From positions 1 through 33,563 of the forward strand of contig JANQHR010000108.1 of the NCBI GenBank assembly GCA_028282585.1: a stretch of 33,563 nucleotides of DNA, in the 5' to 3' direction. A program made the translations under genes and the position numbers. Of this stretch, positions 8,774 to 17,889 are shown piece by piece (the first letter of the stretch is position 1; the number at the start of each line of letters is the position of its first letter). Under the pieces are notes generated by a model that was given only the letters and a program-made list of their open reading frames with translations, was not told where the DNA came from and ran no database searches. Origin of the DNA: Bacteroidales bacterium (lineage in GTDB: Bacteria > Bacteroidota > Bacteroidia > Bacteroidales > UBA12077).

Positions 8774-10756
8774 ATGGCAAATAAGGACAGAGATTTAGTA
8801 TATACGCTTAAGAATAGATGCAGGGTCTGCTATACCTGCGTAAGAGAGTGTCCTGCCAAGGCTATTAAAATAATTAACGGGCAGGCAGAAGTATTAAACG
8901 AACGTTGTATTGTTTGTGGGAATTGTACTAAAGTCTGCAGTCAGGGGGCTAAAGTATATTTAAATACGGAAGATCGTTTTCATAGCTTATTAAAAAATGG
9001 AAGAAAGAATGTAGCTATTGTTGCACCAAGTTTTCCTGCAGAGTTTAAGGAAATCTCCAATCATAAAATTTTTGTTTCAATGATTAGGGCAATCGGTTTT
9101 GATGTAGTTTCTGAAGTTGCTTTTGGTGCTGATTTAGTTGCAAAAAAATATCGGGAATTAATTGATAAAGGAAGTGATAAATGCTTTATATCATCTGACT
9201 GCCCGGCAGTGGTTTCATATATTGAGCATTATCATTCAGCTTTAGTAAAAGATTTGGTACCCATTGCTTCTCCTATGGTAGCTATGTCAAGAGTTGTAAA
9301 AAAGAAATATGGTGATGACATTAATCTGATTTTTATAGGCCCTTGTGTTGCAAAAAAATCAGAGTCAGATGAAGTAGATGAAATGATTACTTTCACCGAA
9401 TTAAGAAATGTATTTGAAGAGAAAAGAATTACACAAAAAACTGTAGTTCCAACCGAATTTGATCCTCCGCTCGGAGGAAAAGGTGCTATTTTTCCGGTTA
9501 GCAGGGGATTGTTACAAACCGCAGGAATAACAGATGATGTATTTGATGGGAATATTATTGTTGCAGAAGGAAGAACAAATTTTCAAGAAGCAATTAAAGA
9601 ATTTGAGGATGGTTTATTACGTTCTCATCATTTGGAGTTATTAAGTTGTGAAGGTTGTATTATGGGACCCGGAATGTCGAGTAAAGGAAAGCATTATGCT
9701 CGCAGAATTTTAGTTAATAATTATGTTCAAAAAAAGATTAATAGCTTAAATGAAGCCGATTGGCAAAAGCAAATTGATGAGTACATTGATATTGATTTAT
9801 CAGCAGAATTTGAACCTAAGCATAAATCATTGAAATTTCCAGATTGGAGTGAGATTAAGAAAGTATTGGAATCTATGGGAAAACTTACACCAAAAGATCA
9901 TTTAAATTGTGGTGCTTGTGGTTACGAATCATGCGAAGATCATGCAACAGCTATTGTACAGGGGTTAGCTGAAAATGAAATGTGTTTGCCATTTACTATA
10001 GAAAAGCTACACAATTCTGTAAATGAACTTGCAATAACCAATGATAAGCTTACTTCAATGCAGCAAGCCTTGAAGCAATCAGAGAAAATGGCAAGTATGG
10101 GGCAGTTATCAGCAGGTATTGCACATGAATTAAATAATCCACTTGGAGTAGTAATCATGTATGCGAATATATTGTTAGATGAAGCCAAGAAGGATTCTGC
10201 TATTTATAAGGATCTTAAATTGATTGTTGACCAAACAAACAGATGCAAAAAAATTGTGGGTGGATTATTAAATTTTGCAAGAAAGAATCAGGTTAACTCA
10301 TCAAAAATTGATATTATAAAACTGGCAAAAGAAAGTGTTCAGGCTGTGGTGGTTCCGAAGCAAATAGAAGTGTTAATTGATCAGGAGAATGTTAAGGATC
10401 CTCATGCAATGATCGATCATGAGCAAATGATGCAGGTTTTAACTAATTTGATCAAGAATGCGATTGACGCAATGCCCGATGGTGGAAAAATTGACATCAA
10501 GCTTGAAGATAATAACGATGAAGTGTTTTTTATAGTAAAGGATACAGGAATTGGAATCGATAAAGAGGCAATAGATAAAATATTTGAACCATTTTATACA
10601 ACAAAAGGAATTGGAATGGGAACAGGATTAGGACTTGCAACAACTTATGGTATTGTTAAAATGCATAAAGGAAAAATTACAGTATTTTCAAATAATGATC
10701 CTGAAAAAGAACCAACAGGAACAGAATTTAAGGTATCAATTCCAAGGTTTCAGTAA
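8774..10756 (+). CDS. Group C (histidine kinase-linked) [FeFe]-hydrogenase domain fused to HisKA-HATPase_c
   Basis: 2x[4Fe-4S] (CRVCYTCVRECP, CIVCGNCTKVC); H-domain SSDCP, GPCVAKKSE and ELLSCEGCIMGPG; CGACGYESC...C FeS domain; coiled coil; H-box AHELNNPL, N-box NLIKNA, DTGIG, FEPFYTTK and GTGLGL. Confidence 0.9.
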   Translation: MANKDRDLVYTLKNRCRVCYTCVRECPAKAIKIINGQAEVLNERCIVCGNCTKVCSQGAKVYLNTEDRFHSLLKNGRKNVAIVAPSFPAEFKEISNHKIFVSMIRAIGFDVVSEVAFGADLVAKKYRELIDKGSDKCFISSDCPAVVSYIEHYHSALVKDLVPIASPMVAMSRVVKKKYGDDINLIFIGPCVAKKSESDEVDEMITFTELRNVFEEKRITQKTVVPTEFDPPLGGKGAIFPVSRGLLQTAGITDDVFDGNIIVAEGRTNFQEAIKEFEDGLLRSHHLELLSCEGCIMGPGMSSKGKHYARRILVNNYVQKKINSLNEADWQKQIDEYIDIDLSAEFEPKHKSLKFPDWSEIKKVLESMGKLTPKDHLNCGACGYESCEDHATAIVQGLAENEMCLPFTIEKLHNSVNELAITNDKLTSMQQALKQSEKMASMGQLSAGIAHELNNPLGVVIMYANILLDEAKKDSAIYKDLKLIVDQTNRCKKIVGGLLNFARKNQVNSSKIDIIKLAKESVQAVVVPKQIEVLIDQENVKDPHAMIDHEQMMQVLTNLIKNAIDAMPDGGKIDIKLEDNNDEVFFIVKDTGIGIDKEAIDKIFEPFYTTKGIGMGTGLGLATTYGIVKMHKGKITVFSNNDPEKEPTGTEFKVSIPRFQ

Positions 10757-10770
10757 TAAAATTAAAGATT

Positions 10771-11166
10771 ATGGCAGAGAACAAAAAGCAAATACTAATA
10801 GCCGATGACGATGAGGATTACCTATTCCAAATGGAGGCTTATATTAGAAGTTTTGGTTTTGATGTAATAAAAGCTGAAAGTCAGAAAGAAGCTGAAATAT
10901 TAATCGAAAATACAAAACCGGATTTGGCTATTTTTGATTTAATGATGGAAAGGGATGATAGCGGTTTTATGCTTTGCTATAAGATGAAAAGAAAACATCC
11001 TGATGTGCCAATTATTTTAGCAACTGCCGTAGCTTCTGAGACAGGGATTTCATTCGGAGTAAACTCTCCAACTGATCAGCAATGGATAAAAGCGGATTTG
11101 TACTTAGAAAAAGGAATCAGAAAAGATCAGTTGCACAGAGAAATTAATAAATTATTAAAGTTATAA
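10771..11166 (+). CDS. Single-domain response regulator (receiver only)
   Basis: ILIADDD, phospho-acceptor DLMM, IILAT and YLEKG; no output domain. Confidence 0.88.
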   Translation: MAENKKQILIADDDEDYLFQMEAYIRSFGFDVIKAESQKEAEILIENTKPDLAIFDLMMERDDSGFMLCYKMKRKHPDVPIILATAVASETGISFGVNSPTDQQWIKADLYLEKGIRKDQLHREINKLLKL

Positions 11167-11182
11167 CATAACAAGTCAATTA

Positions 11183-11286
11183 AAAGAATAATGAATATCG
11201 ATTAACGAATATTGATTCTAGAAGTAAATATTTAATTTTTGAAATTACTTCATCATTCTTAAATCGTTAATCGTCATTCTATAATC
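11183..11286. repeat. Inverted array of degenerate 7-nt repeats (long imperfect hairpin)
   Basis: Left arm AAAGAAT AATGAAT ATCGATT AACGAAT ATTGATT CTAGAAG; right arm CTTCATC ATTCTTA AATCGTT AATCGTC ATTCTAT AATC. CGATTAACGA/TCGTTAATCG and GAAGTAA/TTACTTC are exact reverse complements. Confidence 0.7.
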
Positions 11287-11304
11287 AAATATATTTAATA
11301 TTAG

Positions 11305-12423
11305 ATGAAGAAATTAAATGTTTTAGTTGTGGATGATGAGCCGGGGATTCGTTCCGGGGTGAGTAGAATATTAAGTAATTTTACGGTTAGCTATCCTTTT
11401 ATGGATACTGATATTGGATTTAATATACTTGAGGCAGAAACAGGTGAGAAGGCAATTGATATTATTGATTCAGAACAAATTGAGATTGTTCTTTTAGATA
11501 ATAAATTACCTGGTATACAGGGAACTGATGTTCTTGATTTTATCAATAAAAATAAACCGGACATTCTGGTAATGATGATAACTTCTTATGCATCATTGGA
11601 GTTGGCAATTAAAGCAACTAACATTGGAGCTCATGATTTTATTCCTAAACCATTTACACCACAGGAGTTAAAATCGTCTTTAGAAAATGTATCCAAGCAT
11701 CTTTTCCTTAGAGGGATGACAAAGAAAATGAATAAAGAAGGAAAAGAAATCCGTTATCAGTTTTTATCAGTATTGTCGCATGAATTAAAAGCACCCTTAA
11801 ACGCGATAGACGGATATTTACGTATGATGCAAAATAAAGAAGTGGGTGATAATATTGAGGATTATCAACAGATGATTGATAGATCTTTAAATAGAATAAA
11901 AGGCATGCGAAATCTTATTATGGATTTGTTGGACTTGACCAAAATTAGATTAGAAAAGAAAACAGAACGGTTAGAGAATGTAAAAATTAAAGATATTGCA
12001 CAAAATGCAATTGAAGCTATCAACCCTTATGCAATTCAAAAAGATGTAACAATTAATTTAATAGATGAAAGTAATTGTATATTGAATGCAGACCCAAGTG
12101 ATATGGAGATCATTTTTAATAATTTGATATCTAATGCTGTAAAATATAACAAAAACGGGGGTTCCGTTGATGTAAAACTTAAATGTAATAAGGGCAATTT
12201 GATAATAATTGTGAGTGATACAGGTATAGGAATGACGAATGAAGAAACAACAAAACTGTTTAATGAATTTTTCAGGGTTAAAAGTGAGCAAACTAAACAT
12301 ATTACGGGAAGCGGATTAGGGCTTTCCATAGTAAAAGGTATAGTTAACTTATATAAGGGCGAAATTAGTGTGGAAAGTAAGATTGGTGAAGGTTCTACTT
12401 TCCGTATAATATTGCCAGTGTAA
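11305..12423 (+). CDS. Hybrid receiver-histidine kinase (REC-HisKA-HATPase_c), cytoplasmic
   Basis: VLVVDDE, LLDNKLPG and FIPKPF receiver; SHELKAPL H-box, NLISNAVKY, DTGIG and GSGLGL. Confidence 0.92.
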   Translation: MKKLNVLVVDDEPGIRSGVSRILSNFTVSYPFMDTDIGFNILEAETGEKAIDIIDSEQIEIVLLDNKLPGIQGTDVLDFINKNKPDILVMMITSYASLELAIKATNIGAHDFIPKPFTPQELKSSLENVSKHLFLRGMTKKMNKEGKEIRYQFLSVLSHELKAPLNAIDGYLRMMQNKEVGDNIEDYQQMIDRSLNRIKGMRNLIMDLLDLTKIRLEKKTERLENVKIKDIAQNAIEAINPYAIQKDVTINLIDESNCILNADPSDMEIIFNNLISNAVKYNKNGGSVDVKLKCNKGNLIIIVSDTGIGMTNEETTKLFNEFFRVKSEQTKHITGSGLGLSIVKGIVNLYKGEISVESKIGEGSTFRIILPV

Positions 12424-12463
12424 TTTTTTTTTGTAAATTGACCAGTTAAATAATTTGATTGAT

Positions 12464-13090
12464 ATGAATAGACTTCCAGAAAAAACGATAGGAAGATTAA
12501 GTGAATACAGAAGAACTTTATTGAATTGTTTAGCCGATGGCAAAACACATATTTATTCACATGAATTAGCAAATTTACACAATATTACTGCCGTTCAGGT
12601 TCGAAGGGATATTATGCTAATTGGATATTCAACCACCTTAAAGAAAGGTTATGATGTTAAAGCATTAATTGATGTTATCGGTGATATTATTGATACCGAA
12701 AAAGGGTTGAATGCTGCAGTTATTGGAATAGGTAATTTAGGACGAGCTATAACAACTTACTTTAAAGGCAAAAGAACAAAATTGAAAATTGCCGCTACAT
12801 TTGATACTGATCCGGAGAAAACAAATAGAGTTATATCAGGTGTTAAGTGTTACCCAATGGGTGAATTAAATAATGTTATAAAGGAGCAGGATATTAAGAT
12901 AGGTATATTAACTGTACCTCCAGAAGATGCTGCAGCTGTCTCGGAATCTTTGATTATGGCAGGTATAAAAGGCATTCTGAATTATACATCAACACCTTTG
13001 AATGTTTCTCCAAATGTGTACCTCGAGGAATACGATATGATTACGTCTTTGGAGAAAGTAGCTTATTTTGTAAAACAAACTGAGGAATAG
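12464..13090 (+). CDS. rex: Redox-sensing transcriptional repressor Rex
   Basis: LPEKTIGRLSEY...SHELA...QVRRD...GYDV winged helix, GIGNLG Rossmann motif, AGIKGILNY. ATG at 12464 preferred over TTG at 12455. Confidence 0.92.
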   Translation: MNRLPEKTIGRLSEYRRTLLNCLADGKTHIYSHELANLHNITAVQVRRDIMLIGYSTTLKKGYDVKALIDVIGDIIDTEKGLNAAVIGIGNLGRAITTYFKGKRTKLKIAATFDTDPEKTNRVISGVKCYPMGELNNVIKEQDIKIGILTVPPEDAAAVSESLIMAGIKGILNYTSTPLNVSPNVYLEEYDMITSLEKVAYFVKQTEE

Positions 13091-13121
13091 TAGCCTAGAA
13101 TATGATTATGTTGTTTTGAAG

Positions 13122-14054
13122 ATGCAGGTACATAGAAGCTTTGAAAGTTTAAATCAAATTAAGAATCCGGTAGTTACAACAGGAACTTTTGATGGTGTTC
13201 ATTTAGGCCATAAAGTTATTATTGATCGTTTAAATAAATTGGCCAAAAACATTAGGGGTGAATCAGTTTTAATAACATTTCATCCGCATCCCAGAAGAGT
13301 CTTATATCCTGAAACGGCTGGTAAAAATCTAAAACTTATTAATTCACAAAATGAAAAGATACATTTGCTTGATAAAACTGGACTGGATCATCTGGTAATT
13401 ATTAACTTCACAAAGGAATTCTCTGAGACATCTTCGCATGAGTTTGTCGAAGGCATTTTACTAGCCAAACTAAAAGCAAAAATTATAATTGTTGGTTTTA
13501 ACCATCATTTTGGGCATAATCGTGAAGGTGATTATTCTTATTTATATGAATTAACCAAAACTCATGATTTTATTGTTGAAGAGATCCCGGAACAGGATTT
13601 GGAAAATGAAACGGTAAGTTCAACTATTATTCGTAAGGCATTGTTGGAAGGAAGAATTCAAAGAGCGAATGCTTATCTGGATCATTTTTTTATTGTAACC
13701 GGAAGGTTAAAAGATGGTCATCCAAAGTGTTTAGAAGTTGGATTTCCAACTCTTGAAATGATTGTGGAAGAAGATGTTAAGCTTGTTCCACCGGAAGGAG
13801 TATATGCTGTTAGCTTAACTTTGGAGGGTGTTAGATATCGTGGTATGTTAAATATTAAAACTTTTAAGGATTTAAATCTCCCCAGTATTCAGGTTCATTT
13901 ATTTGATTACGATTCAAATTTTAATTTAAAAAATAAAGAAGCTACAATTACTTTTCATAAAAGAATACGTGATGAACTTCAATTGAATAATGTACAAAGT
14001 CTTAAAAATCAATTAGAAAAGGATAAGGAAGTAATTGCAGAATTAATTTATTAA
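13122..14054 (+). CDS. ribF: RibF-family FAD synthetase; intact FMN adenylyltransferase domain, degenerate riboflavin kinase domain
   Basis: GTFDGVHLGH, TFHPHP, VGFNHHFG and VSSTIIR in the N-domain; GFPTLE, PPEGVY and IQVHLFD in the C-domain. ATG at 13122 preferred. Confidence 0.85.
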   Translation: MQVHRSFESLNQIKNPVVTTGTFDGVHLGHKVIIDRLNKLAKNIRGESVLITFHPHPRRVLYPETAGKNLKLINSQNEKIHLLDKTGLDHLVIINFTKEFSETSSHEFVEGILLAKLKAKIIIVGFNHHFGHNREGDYSYLYELTKTHDFIVEEIPEQDLENETVSSTIIRKALLEGRIQRANAYLDHFFIVTGRLKDGHPKCLEVGFPTLEMIVEEDVKLVPPEGVYAVSLTLEGVRYRGMLNIKTFKDLNLPSIQVHLFDYDSNFNLKNKEATITFHKRIRDELQLNNVQSLKNQLEKDKEVIAELIY

Positions 14055-14056
14055 TA

Positions 14057-16240
14057 CTAGAACCTAAACAATAAATCTAATAATACAGATCTTGGTTCCA
14101 ATCTATAATCAAAAGGATAGGCATAGTTTTTTACAATAAACCTTTCTTTATTCGTAAGGTTCTTTACTTGCAGACCAAACTCAATTTTAGGCGTAATTTT
14201 ATATGCAAGTTTTACATCCATATTTATCCAGGCATCCAATGTTCTGGGCCTATATTGTTCCATGCCAATATAATAGTCAGATTCTCTTCTTTCTACCTTT
14301 CCTTGATAATGGAAAAGAATTGTTGTATAAAAATCTCGATAATTGTAATATAAACCCATATTAAAAGTTGATGCGGGAGCCCAGGTAACCGTATTTTTAC
14401 TAACTGCAATAGTTGTGTCAGTAATATTTTCATTCAATCGCTTCGCAAACGAATAATTTAAAAAACCTGTTAAATTGTTATACGCAATTTGGATTTCCGC
14501 TTCAAACCCAGCTGTTTCCTGAGAAAAAATATTTGTGCTTAAATTAGCATTTGCAGTACTATATGCAATTATATTTTCAAAATTAACCCAATATCCATTT
14601 AACTTAAAATTGATGTTGTTATTTATAGTCCAGTTTAATTCTATATCAAAATTCGTTGATTTTTCAGGTTCTACCTCTTCAATATTAGAAGCTAAGGTGT
14701 ATGTGTTTGAGCCAAACATTTCAGTGGGTTCAGGAGTTCTGAATGCCTGACCAAAAATTGCTTTTAACGATAAATCTTGGTTTAAACTAAAAACTAATGC
14801 AGCTCGTGGAGTAAACATACTGTAACTTTTATCTTTTAATTGTGTTGTATCATTGTTTAAATTGCTGTCATATGTAAAAAACATATGGTCATAACGGCCA
14901 CTCAGAGTAACTTGAAATTTATTAAAGAATTTTGGAGAAACAAATTGCATATAAATGGCAACATTCTTTATTGGTTTACCATCAATATATTCGAACCAGG
15001 GATCTAAATTATAAGTTGTAAAAAAAGTATCGGGACTTGTATTCCAATTATTCATTTCAAGGTTTGAAGTATGTTCTTGGTCACCATTGTATAAAAAAAT
15101 ATCCCCTTCAATTCCAGTAATTATTCTGTGATTATTAAGGTTTATGTCACACTGTAACCTAGCCCATATATCTTGCGCATCAGTCTTAAGATACTCACTT
15201 AGCCCTCTTGGGTAAAAAAACAATTTATCCGAGCCTCCATCAATATTATATCTCATATTCCAATCTATTCCGTGTTTTTGATATCTAATAGCTGTTTCCC
15301 AATTGAACAGTTTATTATTGTCATTAATATATTTGAATGCGAATATTCGTCGGTGTTCTTTCATGTTTTCTGGTTGGTCGGGAATTTTAAAAAGCCAGCC
15401 ATGCCCTGTTCTGAAACTCCAGTGTTGTTCATGAAATTGAAATGATAAACCTTCAAGTTTATCTTTACCATATATTTTTGCAAATAAATATGAGTTGCTT
15501 CTTTGGTCAAATATCTTTGTTTTAATTAATTCCCCATTAACATCAATTCTACTAGAATCATCGTATGATTCGTATTCATTTCCATCAGTTTCATAATAAC
15601 TAAAGCTTAAAACCATTCCAAACTTTTTATTCTCATCCCCTAATGCAAAATCATAGATTTGGCTATTTTGAAACTCTCTTCTAAAACGAGCGATGCCAAA
15701 TTCGTCAAAATCGTCAGCATTGTTAGTATTAAGAGTTATTACACCATTTATAGCATTGCTTCCATATAAAGCACCTCCTGCACCTCTTATGATTTCTAAA
15801 GATTTTGTAAAGATTAACGGAGTTATCTCCCAGGTATATGCAGTTCCATATAAATTATCATTATACGGAATACCATCAATGAGCATTAAATAATGATTGT
15901 TGTTCCAGCCTTCAAACATCCCTCTAAACCCAATGGTTCGTCTTTCATAATCATATGATGGATGAAATCCGGGCTGGTAATATAAAACTTCATTTATACT
16001 TAAACTACCAAAATGATTAATCTTGTTTTGTGGAATAACTGTAATAATATTAGGTGCATCAGATTGCTTTTGCATAATTTTAGATGCAGATATTACTTCA
16101 ATATCCATTAGCTCTTCAAGTGACATTGCATAATAGTCCTCAATCGAAAGAGTGTCTGTTTGATTGGTTGCAATTATGTAGTTGCAGAAATAAATTAGAA
16201 AAAACATTAGGAATAAAGTAATCAACCAATGCTTTTTCAT
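14057..16240 (-). CDS. TonB-dependent outer-membrane receptor
   Basis: Signal peptide, MSLEELMDIEVISASK leader, plug motifs LIDGIP and EIIRGAGGALYGSNAINGVI, AFRTP, VKNLTN and C-terminal Phe. Confidence 0.92.
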   Translation of the reverse strand: MKKHWLITLFLMFFLIYFCNYIIATNQTDTLSIEDYYAMSLEELMDIEVISASKIMQKQSDAPNIITVIPQNKINHFGSLSINEVLYYQPGFHPSYDYERRTIGFRGMFEGWNNNHYLMLIDGIPYNDNLYGTAYTWEITPLIFTKSLEIIRGAGGALYGSNAINGVITLNTNNADDFDEFGIARFRREFQNSQIYDFALGDENKKFGMVLSFSYYETDGNEYESYDDSSRIDVNGELIKTKIFDQRSNSYLFAKIYGKDKLEGLSFQFHEQHWSFRTGHGWLFKIPDQPENMKEHRRIFAFKYINDNNKLFNWETAIRYQKHGIDWNMRYNIDGGSDKLFFYPRGLSEYLKTDAQDIWARLQCDINLNNHRIITGIEGDIFLYNGDQEHTSNLEMNNWNTSPDTFFTTYNLDPWFEYIDGKPIKNVAIYMQFVSPKFFNKFQVTLSGRYDHMFFTYDSNLNNDTTQLKDKSYSMFTPRAALVFSLNQDLSLKAIFGQAFRTPEPTEMFGSNTYTLASNIEEVEPEKSTNFDIELNWTINNNINFKLNGYWVNFENIIAYSTANANLSTNIFSQETAGFEAEIQIAYNNLTGFLNYSFAKRLNENITDTTIAVSKNTVTWAPASTFNMGLYYNYRDFYTTILFHYQGKVERRESDYYIGMEQYRPRTLDAWINMDVKLAYKITPKIEFGLQVKNLTNKERFIVKNYAYPFDYRLEPRSVLLDLLFRF

Positions 16241-16363
16241 AAAACTGGTATTTGATGGTTATAGAATTTTATTTCAATGTTACAAAACAAAACTTGACAG
16301 TTAGGCAATCAAAACAAATTTATAAAAATACGATTTGTTAATCAACACCACACAGTCATAGGA

Positions 16364-17068
16364 TTACATAATCCTTAAAATATCAATTTTGATTTTATTC
16401 ATTTTGTCTGAATTCAATGCTCTTTCGGCAAATGGAATATCCAGTGTAAATTTTTTATTAATTTTCACAGGTGCTTCACTAAAAACATAAATATTGTTTC
16501 CTAAGAGTAATGCTTCATCAATATCGTGAGTTACAAATATTACAGTTCTTTTATCCGTTAACCACAATTGACCGAACGCTTTTATGAGATTTAGTTTTAG
16601 TTTTATATCAAGAGCTTTTAAGGGCTCATCCATTAAAATAATATCTGAACCATACGAGAATGCACGAGCGATTGCAACACGTTGTTTCATTCCGCCACTT
16701 AATTTCGAAGGGTAAAAATCTGCAAACTTCTCAAGTTCAACTAACCTCATATATTTATCTGCTATTTCAAGCTTCTCACTTTTGGACTTATGTTTATTTA
16801 AAACAAATGCAATGTTTTGTTTTACAGTTTTCCAGGGAAGAAGTCTTGGTTCCTGAAATATGTATGATAATTCTTTTTGACTGTATCCTTCAAATTGACC
16901 TTTATCTGCTTTAGAATTATTACTAATCAGGTTAAGTAGCGTTGTTTTGCCACAGCCTGAAGGCCCTAAAATACAGGTAATTGTATTTTCTTCAATTTCG
17001 ATATTAAAATTCTCGAAAAGAGTAATTTCACCAAATGATTTATATAATCCTTTTATTAATAATGGCAT
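16364..17068 (-). CDS. NitT/TauT-family ABC transporter ATP-binding protein
   Basis: Walker A GPSGCGKT, FQEPRLLPW, LSGGMKQR, LMDEP and VTHD. Confidence 0.93.
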   Translation of the reverse strand: MPLLIKGLYKSFGEITLFENFNIEIEENTITCILGPSGCGKTTLLNLISNNSKADKGQFEGYSQKELSYIFQEPRLLPWKTVKQNIAFVLNKHKSKSEKLEIADKYMRLVELEKFADFYPSKLSGGMKQRVAIARAFSYGSDIILMDEPLKALDIKLKLNLIKAFGQLWLTDKRTVIFVTHDIDEALLLGNNIYVFSEAPVKINKKFTLDIPFAERALNSDKMNKIKIDILRIM

Positions 17069-17069
17069 A

Positions 17070-17822
17070 TTATCTCCAAATCACAATTGACTGTTCAACT
17101 TTACGGATAATTAATTCAAATAAGTAACTTATAATTACAGCGATAATAGTCCAGGCAATAACTTCATTTACAATTAGATATGTTTGAGCTGTTTGCATTA
17201 AGGTACCAATGCCGAATTGGGGTTGGCTTAAAACTTCTCCAATGATAATGGCTCTCCAACCAAAGCCCATTGCGCTCGATGCGCCAGAAAATATAAATGG
17301 AATTATTGCTGGTAAATAAACTTCTTTAATAATTTTATAATGTTCAACCCCGTATATTCTGGACATTTCAATCAAATCCTGGTCCATATTCTTAATTCCA
17401 TCTATTACATTACCACATATAAAAGGAAACATCGTTAAGAAAGCAATAAAAATGGCTACATAATCAACCTTAAACCAGATAAGTGCTAAAAGAATTAAAG
17501 AAATAACCGGAGTTGACCTAATAGTAACCAAAATTGGTTTAAGGAAAGGATCAAAATATTTGTTGATGCCGGCAAAAATGCCTAATGAAACGCCTAAAAT
17601 AAAAGAAATTATAAAACCAATAATTCCCCGAAAAATAGTTGCTCCAATAATTTTTAAAAAATCTTCACTTATAAAGAGGTTTAATGTTGCAATAATTGTT
17701 GATTCTGGTGATGGTAAAATTAAATCTGATTTATATAACATAGATGCAACTTTCCAAATACCCAGTAATATTAACACGGAAATAATTGAAATAACCCTTT
17801 TTATCGAATTACTGTCTTTCAT
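17070..17822 (-). CDS. NitT/TauT-family ABC transporter permease
   Basis: LPSP, about six hydrophobic helices, LIEMSRIYG EAA-like loop, WRAIIIGEVL and GIG. ATG at 17822 preferred. Confidence 0.9.
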   Translation of the reverse strand: MKDSNSIKRVISIISVLILLGIWKVASMLYKSDLILPSPESTIIATLNLFISEDFLKIIGATIFRGIIGFIISFILGVSLGIFAGINKYFDPFLKPILVTIRSTPVISLILLALIWFKVDYVAIFIAFLTMFPFICGNVIDGIKNMDQDLIEMSRIYGVEHYKIIKEVYLPAIIPFIFSGASSAMGFGWRAIIIGEVLSQPQFGIGTLMQTAQTYLIVNEVIAWTIIAVIISYLFELIIRKVEQSIVIWR

Positions 17823-17889
17823 GATCAACTTATTTGATCGAAAATTACAAATAAAATCGGACTAAATTACAGAGAGGTATAAAAGCAAT

